Assembly: GCA_012522765.1 (NCBI GenBank)
Contig: JAAYJW010000372.1
Span: forward strand, 1 to 54,027
Length of the DNA: 54,027 bases
From: a candidate division WS1 bacterium
GTDB taxonomy: Bacteria; Armatimonadota; Zipacnadia; Zipacnadales; UBA5352
Direction: 5' to 3'
A program made the position numbers and the translations under genes. The notes below the pieces were generated by a model that saw only the letters and a program-made list of their open reading frames with translations, was not told the origin of the DNA and ran no database searches. Below are positions 37,937 to 47,249 of this stretch, piece by piece (position 1 is the first letter of the stretch; each line of letters starts with the position of its first letter).

Positions 37937-38884
37937 ATGCCCGAAGCAATGACCATCGCACCCGCACGCGGCTTCATCAATGCTCCCGTGCACAGCGACC
38001 TTGCGACGCTGGAGGCCGACATCGCGATCCTCGGCGTGCCGTGCGGGATGCCCTACACGATCGGGCAGGCGCGCAGCACGATCGCGCCTGCATACATCCG
38101 GGAGAAGTCCATGCGGTTCGGGAGCAGCCTGCTCAATCGCTGGAGCTTTGACCTCGGCGGGGAATTGCTTGATGGCCGAGACGTGCGGGTGGTGGACTGC
38201 GGTGATGTGCGGAGCGATCCGCTGGACTACCCCGGAACGGTTGAGCGCGCTACCGAAGCAGTGCGCATGATCCTGCAGGCCGGAGCGGTGCCGATCGTCT
38301 TCGGCGGCGACGACGCCGTGCCGATCCCGGTGGTGAGGGCATACGAGGAGTCCGGGCCGATCCACGTGGTGCAGATAGATGAGCACCTCGACTTCAAGGA
38401 CGTGGTGCTCGGGCATGGCGAAGGCTTCTCCAGCCCCATGCGCCGGATCTCCGAGATGCCCTGGGTGGAGCGCAGCTACCAGGTGGCGCTGCACGGGCAG
38501 GGGAGCGCGCTGACGAGCGATCGTGAGGATGCGCTGGCGGCGGAGAACGTGCTGATCACCGAGCGCGAGGTGCATGAGCGCGGCGTTGAGTGGCTGCTGG
38601 AGCAGATCCCCGCCGACTGCGACTACTTCGTCACAATTGATCTCGACGGCTTCGACGCCACCGTCTTCCCGTGCGTGAGCCACCCCGAACCCGGCGGGCT
38701 GAACTTCCATGAGGGCGATGACCTGCTGCGGGGACTGGCGCAGAGAGGGCGTGTCGTCGGCGTGGACCTCGTGGAGATGGTGCCCGAGCACGATCTCCAC
38801 GGCCTCGGCGGACATAGCGCCGGGCGACTGATCATCAACTTGATCGGGGCTATGATACGCTCCGGGCAGTTCGACCGTGCCTGA
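37937..38884 (+). CDS. Ureohydrolase (agmatinase/arginase family)
   Basis: ILGVP, VVDCGD, FGGDDAVP, QIDEHLD, TIDLDGFD, PEPGGL and DLVEMVP. Confidence 0.9.
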   Translation: MPEAMTIAPARGFINAPVHSDLATLEADIAILGVPCGMPYTIGQARSTIAPAYIREKSMRFGSSLLNRWSFDLGGELLDGRDVRVVDCGDVRSDPLDYPGTVERATEAVRMILQAGAVPIVFGGDDAVPIPVVRAYEESGPIHVVQIDEHLDFKDVVLGHGEGFSSPMRRISEMPWVERSYQVALHGQGSALTSDREDALAAENVLITEREVHERGVEWLLEQIPADCDYFVTIDLDGFDATVFPCVSHPEPGGLNFHEGDDLLRGLAQRGRVVGVDLVEMVPEHDLHGLGGHSAGRLIINLIGAMIRSGQFDRA

Positions 38885-38908
38885 CAGGCGGGGGAATGGA
38901 GGAGTAAC

Positions 38909-40042
38909 ATGGCTGAGATCACGCTGCGCAGCGCGAAAGAGATCATCTTCGGCTCTGGATCCCGGGTGGAAGTCGGCGCTCAGGCGGCGCTGCTGGGCAA
39001 CCACGCGCTGATCGTTTGCGGGCAAGGCTCACTGCAGGCCTCCGGGGCGCTGGATGAACTTCGGGCGCACCTTGAGGAGGCGGGCGTCACCGTCACAGTC
39101 TTCGCTGAAGTCGAGGCGGAGCCATCGCTGGACACGGTGGAGCGTGGGCGGGAGGCCTTCTCCGCGGGCGGTTGCGACATGGTGGTGGCGGCGGGCGGCG
39201 GTAGCGCGCTTGATGTCGGGAAGGCGATTGCCGCCCTCGCGCCGTTGCCTGAGCCGTTGAGCGACTTCTTCGCAGGCGCGATGATTCCCGGGCAGGGAAG
39301 GCCGTGCATCGCCCTGCCGACCACCTCAGGCACCGGGGCGGAGGTGACGCCCAACTCCGTGCTGACCGACACCGCTACCGGCACCAAGGCGAGTATCCGC
39401 GGCCATGCGCTACTGCCGGAGATTGCGCTGGTGGACCCGGAACTGACGCTGTCGCTGCCGCCCGATCAGACGGCCTTCTCCGGTCTCGATGCGCTGACGC
39501 AGGCGATTGAGGCGTATGTCTCGACCGGTGCAAACCCCGTTAGCGCGCCGATGTCGGAGGAGGCTGTGCGGCGCATTGCAGGGAGCCTGCGGCAGGCGGT
39601 GCAGGATGGTCGCAATCTGCAGGCGCGTGAGGACATGGCGCTGGGGAGCCTGCTGGCGGGGCTGGCGCTCGCGAGCGCCCGGCTTGGGCTGGTGCATGGC
39701 CTCGCGCACCCGCTCGGATCGCTCTACCACCTCCCGCACGGGATGGTCTGTGGGGCGCTGTTGCCCTGGGTGATTGAGTTCAACCTGCCTGCTGCTGAGG
39801 GCAAATATGCGCGCCTCGCGCAGATGGCGGGAGTGGGGGAGAGCGCCGAGGACTTGCTGGAGTGGGTGGATGGCCTGGTGGAGGATCTTGGCGCCGGCGT
39901 GGACTTTACGGCGCGTGGACTGAAGCGAGATGACTTCGACCGCATCGTGCCTTACACGGTGGCGTCGGGCTCATCGAAGCACAACCCGCGCCCGGTGGAT
40001 GAGCAGGGCGTGACGGAGCTGCTGGGGCGGCTGATCGAGTGA
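38909..40042 (+). CDS. Iron-containing alcohol dehydrogenase
   Basis: GGGSALDVGKAIA, PTTSGTGAEVT, GLDALTQAIEAY, LVHGLAHPLG and PHGMVC. Confidence 0.93.
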   Translation: MAEITLRSAKEIIFGSGSRVEVGAQAALLGNHALIVCGQGSLQASGALDELRAHLEEAGVTVTVFAEVEAEPSLDTVERGREAFSAGGCDMVVAAGGGSALDVGKAIAALAPLPEPLSDFFAGAMIPGQGRPCIALPTTSGTGAEVTPNSVLTDTATGTKASIRGHALLPEIALVDPELTLSLPPDQTAFSGLDALTQAIEAYVSTGANPVSAPMSEEAVRRIAGSLRQAVQDGRNLQAREDMALGSLLAGLALASARLGLVHGLAHPLGSLYHLPHGMVCGALLPWVIEFNLPAAEGKYARLAQMAGVGESAEDLLEWVDGLVEDLGAGVDFTARGLKRDDFDRIVPYTVASGSSKHNPRPVDEQGVTELLGRLIE

Positions 40043-40062
40043 GGAGCCACTGTGAACGGTGG

Positions 40063-41367
40063 TCATGATATTAGCGCCCTGACTTCGCGGGCGATGATGT
40101 CGTCTATCTCCGGCACGAAGGGCGCGGGGCGCTCGTGAAAGCAGATCGAGCCCAGCGCCTCATGCCCGCCCTCCGGCAGCATCTGCGCCGTCGGGATATA
40201 CGCGTCGGTGTAGGTGCAGTAGCCGAGGAAGATCGTCTGCTGCTCCGGGAAGAGGTCCTTCACCGCGCGCCCGACTTCGGCCGTCACCTCGCCCGACATA
40301 GCGATGAGCTGAAGCGCGTCATTGAGTCGCCAGTGCGTCAGGTGCATGCGGAAGGCCTCCGGCACCGTGCCGGCGCGCATCTGCTCGAGCAGATCGCTCG
40401 CCCACAGGCGCATGATCGAGCGGTTCGCGGGCCGGTAGCCGTCCGGTATCTCCGTGTCGAAGGGGCTGCTCATGCTCATCAGTTCGTCGCGCGTGGGGAG
40501 CCGCGAGGCGTCGTAGGGTATCGCGAACTCGCGCTCGGCGCTGCTGAGGCTTAGTTCGATCGGCTTCATGTTGTCGGAGCGCACGAAGTCGGCGATGCCA
40601 CGCGCTACTTCGCGCCAGTACTCGCGATACGCCTCCTCGTCACCACGCTCGCTGATGCGGGTCATCACGCTCCCCGCGGCACCCTGCGCGAACGAGGTGA
40701 TGACGTTCTCGCCAAGCTCCTGCTTGAGCCCCTGCGCGATCTGCCCCGGCCAGTCGGCGCTGATGAGCAGCTTGCTCTTTGAGGTCGAGTGGCAGGCGTA
40801 GGAGTAGAGGACGCCGAGCAACTTGTTGTCGCGGTAGAACGCGAAGAGCGGCAACTCGGGATCGTAGTAGCCATCCTCGTTGATCCCGAGGCCCATGATC
40901 CCGGTCTCCGGGTTGCGCCTGCGGCGGTTGACGCCGAAGTGCGCCTCCGTGGTCCCGTGCTTCACGCGCACCGGCTGCAGGTCATCCAGCGCCGCCGCGA
41001 TGCCCTCGCGGATCGTCTGCTCAAGTCTGCAGAGATACTCACGGTCCACGGGCCAGTGCGGGTAGCAGCGCTGGAGGAAGAGCGCCGGCGCTGAGTGGGT
41101 ATGCGAGAGGTTCAGGACAAGTGACGCGCTCGGCAGGCCAAGCTCCGCCTCCGCCCAGAGCTTTGTGCGCCAGGAGAGATCGCGCGACCACTTGAGCAGA
41201 TCGGCGGTGAGGAGGACAAGTCGCGTTCCGGCATCGTCCTCGAGGGCGATGACTCGGAGGTAGAGCGGGTCGTCCACTCCCTGGCTACCCTCAGAGCGGC
41301 TGGGATAGCCAGCAAGAAACGAACCGACCGGTGGCGTGACATCCGCCTCAAAGAAGCCTGCGTTCAT
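40063..41367 (-). CDS. Neutral/alkaline ceramidase N-terminal-domain family hydrolase
   Basis: DVTPP...LAGY, DPLY, SHTHSAP, VNRR, YACHST, SADWPG, QGAAG, SGEV and YIPT. Confidence 0.85.
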   Translation of the reverse strand: MNAGFFEADVTPPVGSFLAGYPSRSEGSQGVDDPLYLRVIALEDDAGTRLVLLTADLLKWSRDLSWRTKLWAEAELGLPSASLVLNLSHTHSAPALFLQRCYPHWPVDREYLCRLEQTIREGIAAALDDLQPVRVKHGTTEAHFGVNRRRRNPETGIMGLGINEDGYYDPELPLFAFYRDNKLLGVLYSYACHSTSKSKLLISADWPGQIAQGLKQELGENVITSFAQGAAGSVMTRISERGDEEAYREYWREVARGIADFVRSDNMKPIELSLSSAEREFAIPYDASRLPTRDELMSMSSPFDTEIPDGYRPANRSIMRLWASDLLEQMRAGTVPEAFRMHLTHWRLNDALQLIAMSGEVTAEVGRAVKDLFPEQQTIFLGYCTYTDAYIPTAQMLPEGGHEALGSICFHERPAPFVPEIDDIIAREVRALIS

Positions 41368-41639
41368 CGGGGTACCTCCCACTGCCGCGCTAGCGTCGGG
41401 GCAGCATTCCTCTCCGGTGATGAATGGCCTCCTGCTAACGCATTTGGTCGCGCATGCGTGAACAGGCGTGGTAACGTTTGTGGCTCGGTTGAACATAGAC
41501 TGTTCATGCTGCGTCCGGGTACCATGACAACGGAGAGGTGGCCGCGTGGTGGGGGTAGACAAATAGCCGAGCAGACGGTATCTTTCCCCGGGGCGGCGCT
41601 TTGCCGGCCCATCACAATGGAAGCTCGCCGACACGCGGG

Positions 41640-42485
41640 GTGAAGCCGGTGGTCGGAAGCTGCAGCGTTGTCTTGAGCAGGAGTCTTCATTCGGACGATC
41701 GCGCTCGCGCACTCGAAGACGAGCTGGCTGAGCGACTGGTCGGGCGCGGCGTTGGCGTGCTCATGCTTCCTCACCTCTATCACCTCCGCCACGGTAGCGA
41801 ACTGTGGCAGGGAGTCGCCTCTCTTCCCGGCGAGATCGCCATCTGCGGGTGGCTCAATCCACGGCCTATCCGGTGTCTCGTGGAGCAGCATGTGGGCCGC
41901 GAAGCCACCTTTTGCTTAGACCTCGGAGCGCTCGCTTCAGTTGATGACGCGCTCGAAACGCTGGCGGGCTTTCTGCCGCAGGGCGGCGGTGAGGGCGAAC
42001 TGCGCGAACTCACCGAGCCGACTGCCGAGCGGTGGTATCCGGTGCTGGATTGCTCGCGCTGCACCTTTTGCGGACACTGCCTGCAGTTCTGCCTCTTTGG
42101 CGTCTACGAGCGGGATGAACAGGGGCGAGTGATTCCGGTGAAGCCCGACAACTGCAAGCCCGGGTGCCCGGCCTGCAGCCGCGTTTGCCCGCAGGGCGCG
42201 ATCATCTTTCCGCTCAGTGACGAACCCGCCATCGCCGGTGCGCCGGGCACGCTCATGCAGCCCGATGCCGCCGCCCGGCGGATGTACTACGTCCGCACAG
42301 GCCTCAACTGCCCCGTTTGTGGTGAAGTGAGCGAGGCGGGCGATCTCTCCTCGCGTGATGCTCCGGTCTGCGAGGAGTGCGGACGGCCTCTGGGCCCCGG
42401 CATCGCTGCCGATTCACCCGTTCATGCAGAAATAGATGCGCTGATCGATTCGCTCGACCGCATGGCCGGCGGTGAAGGCGAGTGA
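41640..42485 (+). CDS. 2x[4Fe-4S] ferredoxin-domain protein with C-terminal CxxC...CxxC
   Basis: RWYPVLDCSRCTFCGHCLQFCLFGVY, NCKPGCPACSRVCPQGAIIFP, then CPVC...CEEC. Start is uncertain (GTG 41640). Confidence 0.85.
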   Translation: MKPVVGSCSVVLSRSLHSDDRARALEDELAERLVGRGVGVLMLPHLYHLRHGSELWQGVASLPGEIAICGWLNPRPIRCLVEQHVGREATFCLDLGALASVDDALETLAGFLPQGGGEGELRELTEPTAERWYPVLDCSRCTFCGHCLQFCLFGVYERDEQGRVIPVKPDNCKPGCPACSRVCPQGAIIFPLSDEPAIAGAPGTLMQPDAAARRMYYVRTGLNCPVCGEVSEAGDLSSRDAPVCEECGRPLGPGIAADSPVHAEIDALIDSLDRMAGGEGE

Positions 42486-43975
42486 CTGCTGTATCGGGAA
42501 AGCCGGTCGTGCTTACCGCCGATCGCACCCTCATGGCCGACCACCGCACGCTCTTCGGCGGTATGATTGCGGCCAGCCAGACGACCACGACCCCACGCCC
42601 GCTGATGGACCACCTTCTCGCGCCGCGCTCGCGGCTCTCTGTGGCTCCCCTGGGACTGAGGCGAGTGGAGGCGGCGCTGCTTTGCGACGGCTTCTCCGAC
42701 GGAGACGTGGCGGTGGTGGAACCTGAGCGGCTGGCTGAGGTCATCGGGCCCGAGACGCGGGTCATCGGCGTGAGCGCCGGTGAGGCATGCGGTCTCGGGA
42801 TGAACTCCACCACGATGACCGCCATCGCCGGAGGCGAGATCTATCCGAGGGCGTTGGTGCTGGAGCTTATGCGCGAAATCGGTCGCCTGCGCGAGCGCGC
42901 TCCGGATGCGCGCGTGGTCCTTGGTGGTCCGGGCGCATGGCAACTGGTGGCCAACGATGCGCTGCGAGTGGAGCTTGGTGTGGACCACGTGGTGCACGGG
43001 CCAGTGGAGGGGAATGTCGCGGGACTGATGCACGCCATGGCCGCCGAAGACGACCTGCCGGTGCTGCTGGAGGGGGGTGCGGTTGATGCCGCGTCCATCC
43101 CGGCGATTCGTGGCGCATCAGCGATGGGGGCGGTGGAGCTTTCGCGCGGCTGCGGGCTGGGCTGCACCTATTGCGTGATGGGGCGGGAGGCAATGCGGCA
43201 TCTGCCGGAGGAGACGATTCTCGCCGACGTGAGGACGAACATCGCGGCGGGGATGCGCGGGATTGCTGCCATCAGCGAGGATCTGCTTCGTTACGGCTGC
43301 ACCGGCTCGAAGCCTCATCCCGAGCGGCTGATTGCTCTGCTGCGGCAGATGCGGGAAATCCCCGGGGCCGGGCTCATTCAGACCGACCACGCGAACATCA
43401 TCTCGGTCGCGGCCTACTCTGACGCTGAGCTTGCACAGGTGAGGGAACTGATGGTTGGCGAGACCGGCTGCCGGCATCCGTGGATGAATCTGGGCGTGGA
43501 GTCGGCCTGCGGGCAGTTGTTGGCACAGAGCGGTTCGGCGAAACTTGGGGGCACTGCTCCGGCGGAGTGGGGTGAGTTCGCGGCTGAGCAGCTTCGACGA
43601 CTGGTGCGAGCGGGGTTCATGCCGATGGCGAGCCTGATAATGTGCCTGCCGGGGGAGACGCCCGAGCATGTGCGGGCGACGCTTGAGTGGGTGAAGGGGC
43701 TATCGCGGGAGCCGCTGACGATCTTCCCGGTGCTCTACGCGCCCATTGACGGCAGCTCGCCACCGACGCGCGCCGATCTGACGCGGGAGCACTGGCGGCT
43801 GATCGGGGCTTGCTACGACATCAATTTCCGTGAGGTGCCGCGGATGTTCCGTGACGGTCAGGCTGCGGTCGGCGTGCCGTGGGCGCGAAGGATGGCGCTG
43901 CAGCTGCTCGGCTACGGACAGGTCGGGCTCTGGAGCGCGCTTTTTGCCTGGCACGGATGGCGCGCCGCACAATGA
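42482..43975 (+). CDS. B12-binding-domain radical SAM enzyme
   Basis: ELSRGCGLGCTYC (CX3CX2C), VVLGGPGAWQ, LGVES and LPGET. GTGA overlap with the ferredoxin gene. Confidence 0.92.
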   Translation: MTAVSGKPVVLTADRTLMADHRTLFGGMIAASQTTTTPRPLMDHLLAPRSRLSVAPLGLRRVEAALLCDGFSDGDVAVVEPERLAEVIGPETRVIGVSAGEACGLGMNSTTMTAIAGGEIYPRALVLELMREIGRLRERAPDARVVLGGPGAWQLVANDALRVELGVDHVVHGPVEGNVAGLMHAMAAEDDLPVLLEGGAVDAASIPAIRGASAMGAVELSRGCGLGCTYCVMGREAMRHLPEETILADVRTNIAAGMRGIAAISEDLLRYGCTGSKPHPERLIALLRQMREIPGAGLIQTDHANIISVAAYSDAELAQVRELMVGETGCRHPWMNLGVESACGQLLAQSGSAKLGGTAPAEWGEFAAEQLRRLVRAGFMPMASLIMCLPGETPEHVRATLEWVKGLSREPLTIFPVLYAPIDGSSPPTRADLTREHWRLIGACYDINFREVPRMFRDGQAAVGVPWARRMALQLLGYGQVGLWSALFAWHGWRAAQ

Positions 43976-45726
43976 ATATTGACCGCGTCCGCCTTGACCA
44001 CGCGATTGATGCGGCCCGGGCGGAGTTGCTCGGGAGGCGCAGCGCCGGGCCGTGGTGGGAGGGGCATCTGTCATCCTCCGCGGTCTCGACGGCCACGGCA
44101 GTGATCGCCCTGCAGTCAGCGGGTTTCGACGAGGATGGCTCGCTCGTTGAGCGGGCAACGGAATGGCTGGTCGGCACGCAGAATGCCGATGGCGGCTGGG
44201 GTGATACTCCTAACAGCCAGAGCAACATCGCGGCAACGGCTCTGACCTGTGCGGCCCTGACGATGGCGCCGGGAGATCATCTCACGGCGCTTGGAGGCGC
44301 CGGTGGATGGATCGAGAGCGAGGCGCCAGGCGGTGATGTGGCGACTGCAATCCGCCGGCGCTACGGAGACGACCGCACCTTCCAGGCGCCGATCCTTGCG
44401 GCATGTGCGCTGGCGGGGCTGGTGGAGTGGGAGGAAGTGCCGCCGCTGCCCTTCGAGCTATCGGTGCTGCCCCGCGGGCTTCATGCGATGCTTCGGCTGC
44501 AGGTGGTCAGCTACGCGCTTCCCGCGCTGATTGCGGTGGGCGCGCTGATACACACGCGGCGCAGGGGCAATCCGGCCGCGCGCATACTGCGCTCGGTGTC
44601 GCTGGGGCGAGCGCTGTCGCTCCTGCCGGACCTGCAACCGAGCAGCGGCGGCTTCCTCGAAGCCGCGCCGCTGACGGCATTCGTGGCGATGAGTCTAGTG
44701 CCGCTGCTCGGCCGCGACCATGTGGTGGTCGAGGGCTGCCTGGAGTTTCTGCGGGAGGGCGTGCGTGGGGATGGCAGTTGGCCCATCGACAGCAACCTTT
44801 CCGTCTGGGTCACTACCAACGCGCTGATGGCGTTGCGCCAGTCGGGAGGCATCCCCGGGGACATCGCCGAGGGGGCGCATGAGTGGCTGCTCAAGCAGCA
44901 GCTTGCGCACACGCATCCCTTCACCGGCGCGGGGCCGGGAGGATGGCCGTGGACGCACCTGCCGGGAGGCGTCCCGGACGCGGACGACACCGCGGGCGCG
45001 GTGATAGAGATGGCCGGCACGGGGGAGGGGGCGGCGGCCAGGGCGGGCGTGGTGTGGCTGAGCGGGCTGCAGAACACCGACGCCGGATGGCCGACCTTCT
45101 GCCAGGGATGGGGGCGCCTGCCGTTTGACAGCAGTTCGCCGGATATCACCGCTCATGCGTTGCGCGCGATAGACGCGACGCTGAAGATGGATGATGATGG
45201 TGGCGGCTATCTGGCACGCCTGCTCGCGCTCAACATGGGCGCCACGATGAAGCGCGGTTTCGGCTATCTGGCCGCGACACAACATGAAGATGGCTCCTGG
45301 GCGCCGCTGTGGTTTGGCAATCAGAGGGTTCGTGGTGAGGCGAACCCGGTCCTTGGGACCGCCCGGGTGCTGGCAGCGTGGGCGGACTGCGGGCACGGGG
45401 ACGATCCTCATGCGCGGCAGGGGCTTGACTATCTGCTGGGCGCGCAGAATGGCGGCGGGGGATGGGGCGGCGGCAAGGGCATCACCAGCAGCGTCGAAGA
45501 GACGGCACTGGCGGTGAGCGCGCTTTCTCGCTTTGCCGGCACTGAGCAGGTTGATGAGGCCATTTCGGATGGTGTGGACTACCTGCTTGCACACGTTGAA
45601 GATGGAAGCTGGGTTGAGCCGTCTCCCATCGGCCTTTACTTTGCGAGCCTGTGGTATACTGAAGATCTCTACCCGATCACATGGACGCTGGAGGCGCTTG
45701 GAAGAGTGCGGAAGCTCGTCGGTTGA
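43972..45726 (+). CDS. Class II terpene cyclase (squalene-hopene cyclase / SqhC-like, two (alpha/alpha)6 barrels)
   Basis: Catalytic VPDADDTA (44971-44994). QW repeats QNADGGWG, QPSSGGF, DGSWP, QNTDAGWP, QHEDGSW and QNGGGGWG. ATGA overlap with the radical SAM gene. Confidence 0.9.
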   Translation: MNIDRVRLDHAIDAARAELLGRRSAGPWWEGHLSSSAVSTATAVIALQSAGFDEDGSLVERATEWLVGTQNADGGWGDTPNSQSNIAATALTCAALTMAPGDHLTALGGAGGWIESEAPGGDVATAIRRRYGDDRTFQAPILAACALAGLVEWEEVPPLPFELSVLPRGLHAMLRLQVVSYALPALIAVGALIHTRRRGNPAARILRSVSLGRALSLLPDLQPSSGGFLEAAPLTAFVAMSLVPLLGRDHVVVEGCLEFLREGVRGDGSWPIDSNLSVWVTTNALMALRQSGGIPGDIAEGAHEWLLKQQLAHTHPFTGAGPGGWPWTHLPGGVPDADDTAGAVIEMAGTGEGAAARAGVVWLSGLQNTDAGWPTFCQGWGRLPFDSSSPDITAHALRAIDATLKMDDDGGGYLARLLALNMGATMKRGFGYLAATQHEDGSWAPLWFGNQRVRGEANPVLGTARVLAAWADCGHGDDPHARQGLDYLLGAQNGGGGWGGGKGITSSVEETALAVSALSRFAGTEQVDEAISDGVDYLLAHVEDGSWVEPSPIGLYFASLWYTEDLYPITWTLEALGRVRKLVG

Positions 45727-45806
45727 CCGGATCTGTTTGCTGCAACGCCCTTCAAGCCCGGATGCGGGGTGGCAGGAGAGGGCGCTTATATTGCCCGTGG
45801 AGGACG

Positions 45807-47234
45807 ATGCCAATGTCAGCAGTAACTGCTCGCACGATCATCGCGACAATAGCCCTGATCGCGCTGGTCGGCGCCGGTGTGTGCGGCGCCGATGATTACG
45901 TGGGCTGGCGAACTGACGGGACCGGGGAGTATCCGGACGCCACGCCGGTTACCACGTGGTCGGCGGAGATGAACGTCATCTGGAAGACGCCGATGTCCGC
46001 AAAGAGCAACTCGCTGCCGACGATCGTCGGCAATCGCCTCTTCGTCTGTTCCGAGCCTGCTACGCTGCTGTGCGTTGACAAGACGACCGGCGCGATCCTC
46101 TGGGAGGCGTCAAACAACCCGGCGGACATCGCGCCTGCCGAGGGGGTCGCCGATCTCGAGGCCAAGACGGCTGAGTTTAACCGTCTGCGGGGCGAGATCG
46201 GCAAGGCGTCTCGCGAACTACGTAATGTGCGCAAGCAGATTCAGGACGCGCCGACTGCCGAGTTGAAGGCGCGCCATGACGAACTGCAGGCGCAGATTGC
46301 GGCGCTCAACGAGCAGATCAAGCCGCTTCGCGAGACGTGGTATGTGCGCCCGGTTACTCATGATTACAACGGCTACTCCTCTCCGACGCCGATCAGCGAC
46401 GGGCAGCACGTCTGGGCGGTCTTCGGCAATGGCATCGCCGCCTGCTACGACATGGACGGCAATCGCATCTGGGCGCGTTTCATCGAGAGGCCGCCAAACG
46501 ACTGGGGAACGTCGAACACACCGGTGCTCGTGGATGGCAAGCTGATCCTGCACCTCGGACAGATGCGGGCACTTGAACCGCTCACCGGCGTCGAGGTCTG
46601 GGCCCAGCCCAAGGCAGGCTGGAACTGGGGTACTTCGTGGGTGCATGAGATTGAGGGCGTGCCGCTGATCATCACCTCCAACGGTGATACCGTCCGTGCC
46701 GACGACGGTACGATCATGGCCAGCGGGCTGGGCAGGCTCCGCTGGGGCTCGGGGCCGATGGTGGACGATGGTGTGCTTTACTACATTGACAACCAGGACG
46801 GCGAGTACATCAGCCGCGCCTGGCAGTTGCCGACGACGCTCGCCGAGCCATTCCAGCCGCAAATGCTCTGGCAGATCACGCCGAAGAAAGATCGTTACTA
46901 CGCCTCCCCGGTCATACTTGACGGGCTAATCTACGCGATCACCCAGGCGGGTGTGCTCTCGTGCATTGATGCCGCCACGGGGGAGATCGTCTACGAGCAG
47001 AACCTGCAGACGGGTAAGCCGGTCTTCTTTGCGAGTATCGTCCTCGCGGGCGACCTGCTCATGGCTTCCCAGGAGAGCGGAACTACGGTCATCTTCCAGC
47101 CCGGGCGCAGCTACGTTGAGGTGGCGCGCAACGACCTCGGCGAGATGGTCCGCAGTACACCGGTGTTTGATGGCGACCTGATGTACGTGCGCGGCTATGA
47201 GCATCTGTTCTGCATAGGTAACGCTGCCGGATAG
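45807..47234 (+). CDS. Exported PQQ-binding-like (BamB-like) beta-propeller protein
   Basis: Signal peptide; WSAEMNVIWKTP, LLCVDKTTGAILW, CYDMDGNRIW, YASPV, CIDAATGEIVY and STPVFDG. Confidence 0.88.
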   Translation: MPMSAVTARTIIATIALIALVGAGVCGADDYVGWRTDGTGEYPDATPVTTWSAEMNVIWKTPMSAKSNSLPTIVGNRLFVCSEPATLLCVDKTTGAILWEASNNPADIAPAEGVADLEAKTAEFNRLRGEIGKASRELRNVRKQIQDAPTAELKARHDELQAQIAALNEQIKPLRETWYVRPVTHDYNGYSSPTPISDGQHVWAVFGNGIAACYDMDGNRIWARFIERPPNDWGTSNTPVLVDGKLILHLGQMRALEPLTGVEVWAQPKAGWNWGTSWVHEIEGVPLIITSNGDTVRADDGTIMASGLGRLRWGSGPMVDDGVLYYIDNQDGEYISRAWQLPTTLAEPFQPQMLWQITPKKDRYYASPVILDGLIYAITQAGVLSCIDAATGEIVYEQNLQTGKPVFFASIVLAGDLLMASQESGTTVIFQPGRSYVEVARNDLGEMVRSTPVFDGDLMYVRGYEHLFCIGNAAG

Positions 47235-47249
47235 CGGAGGACATGATCG

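Noticed and set aside
37937-38884. speB assignment
   Set aside because: The metal and substrate motifs deviate (GGDD, DEHLD, no SHGTP), so the substrate is uncertain.
43972-45726. Calling the cyclase shc/hpnF and the locus a standard hopanoid cluster
   Set aside because: No hpnC/D/E, hpnH, hpnG or hpnN is present in the window and the active-site flanks diverge, so no gene symbol was assigned.
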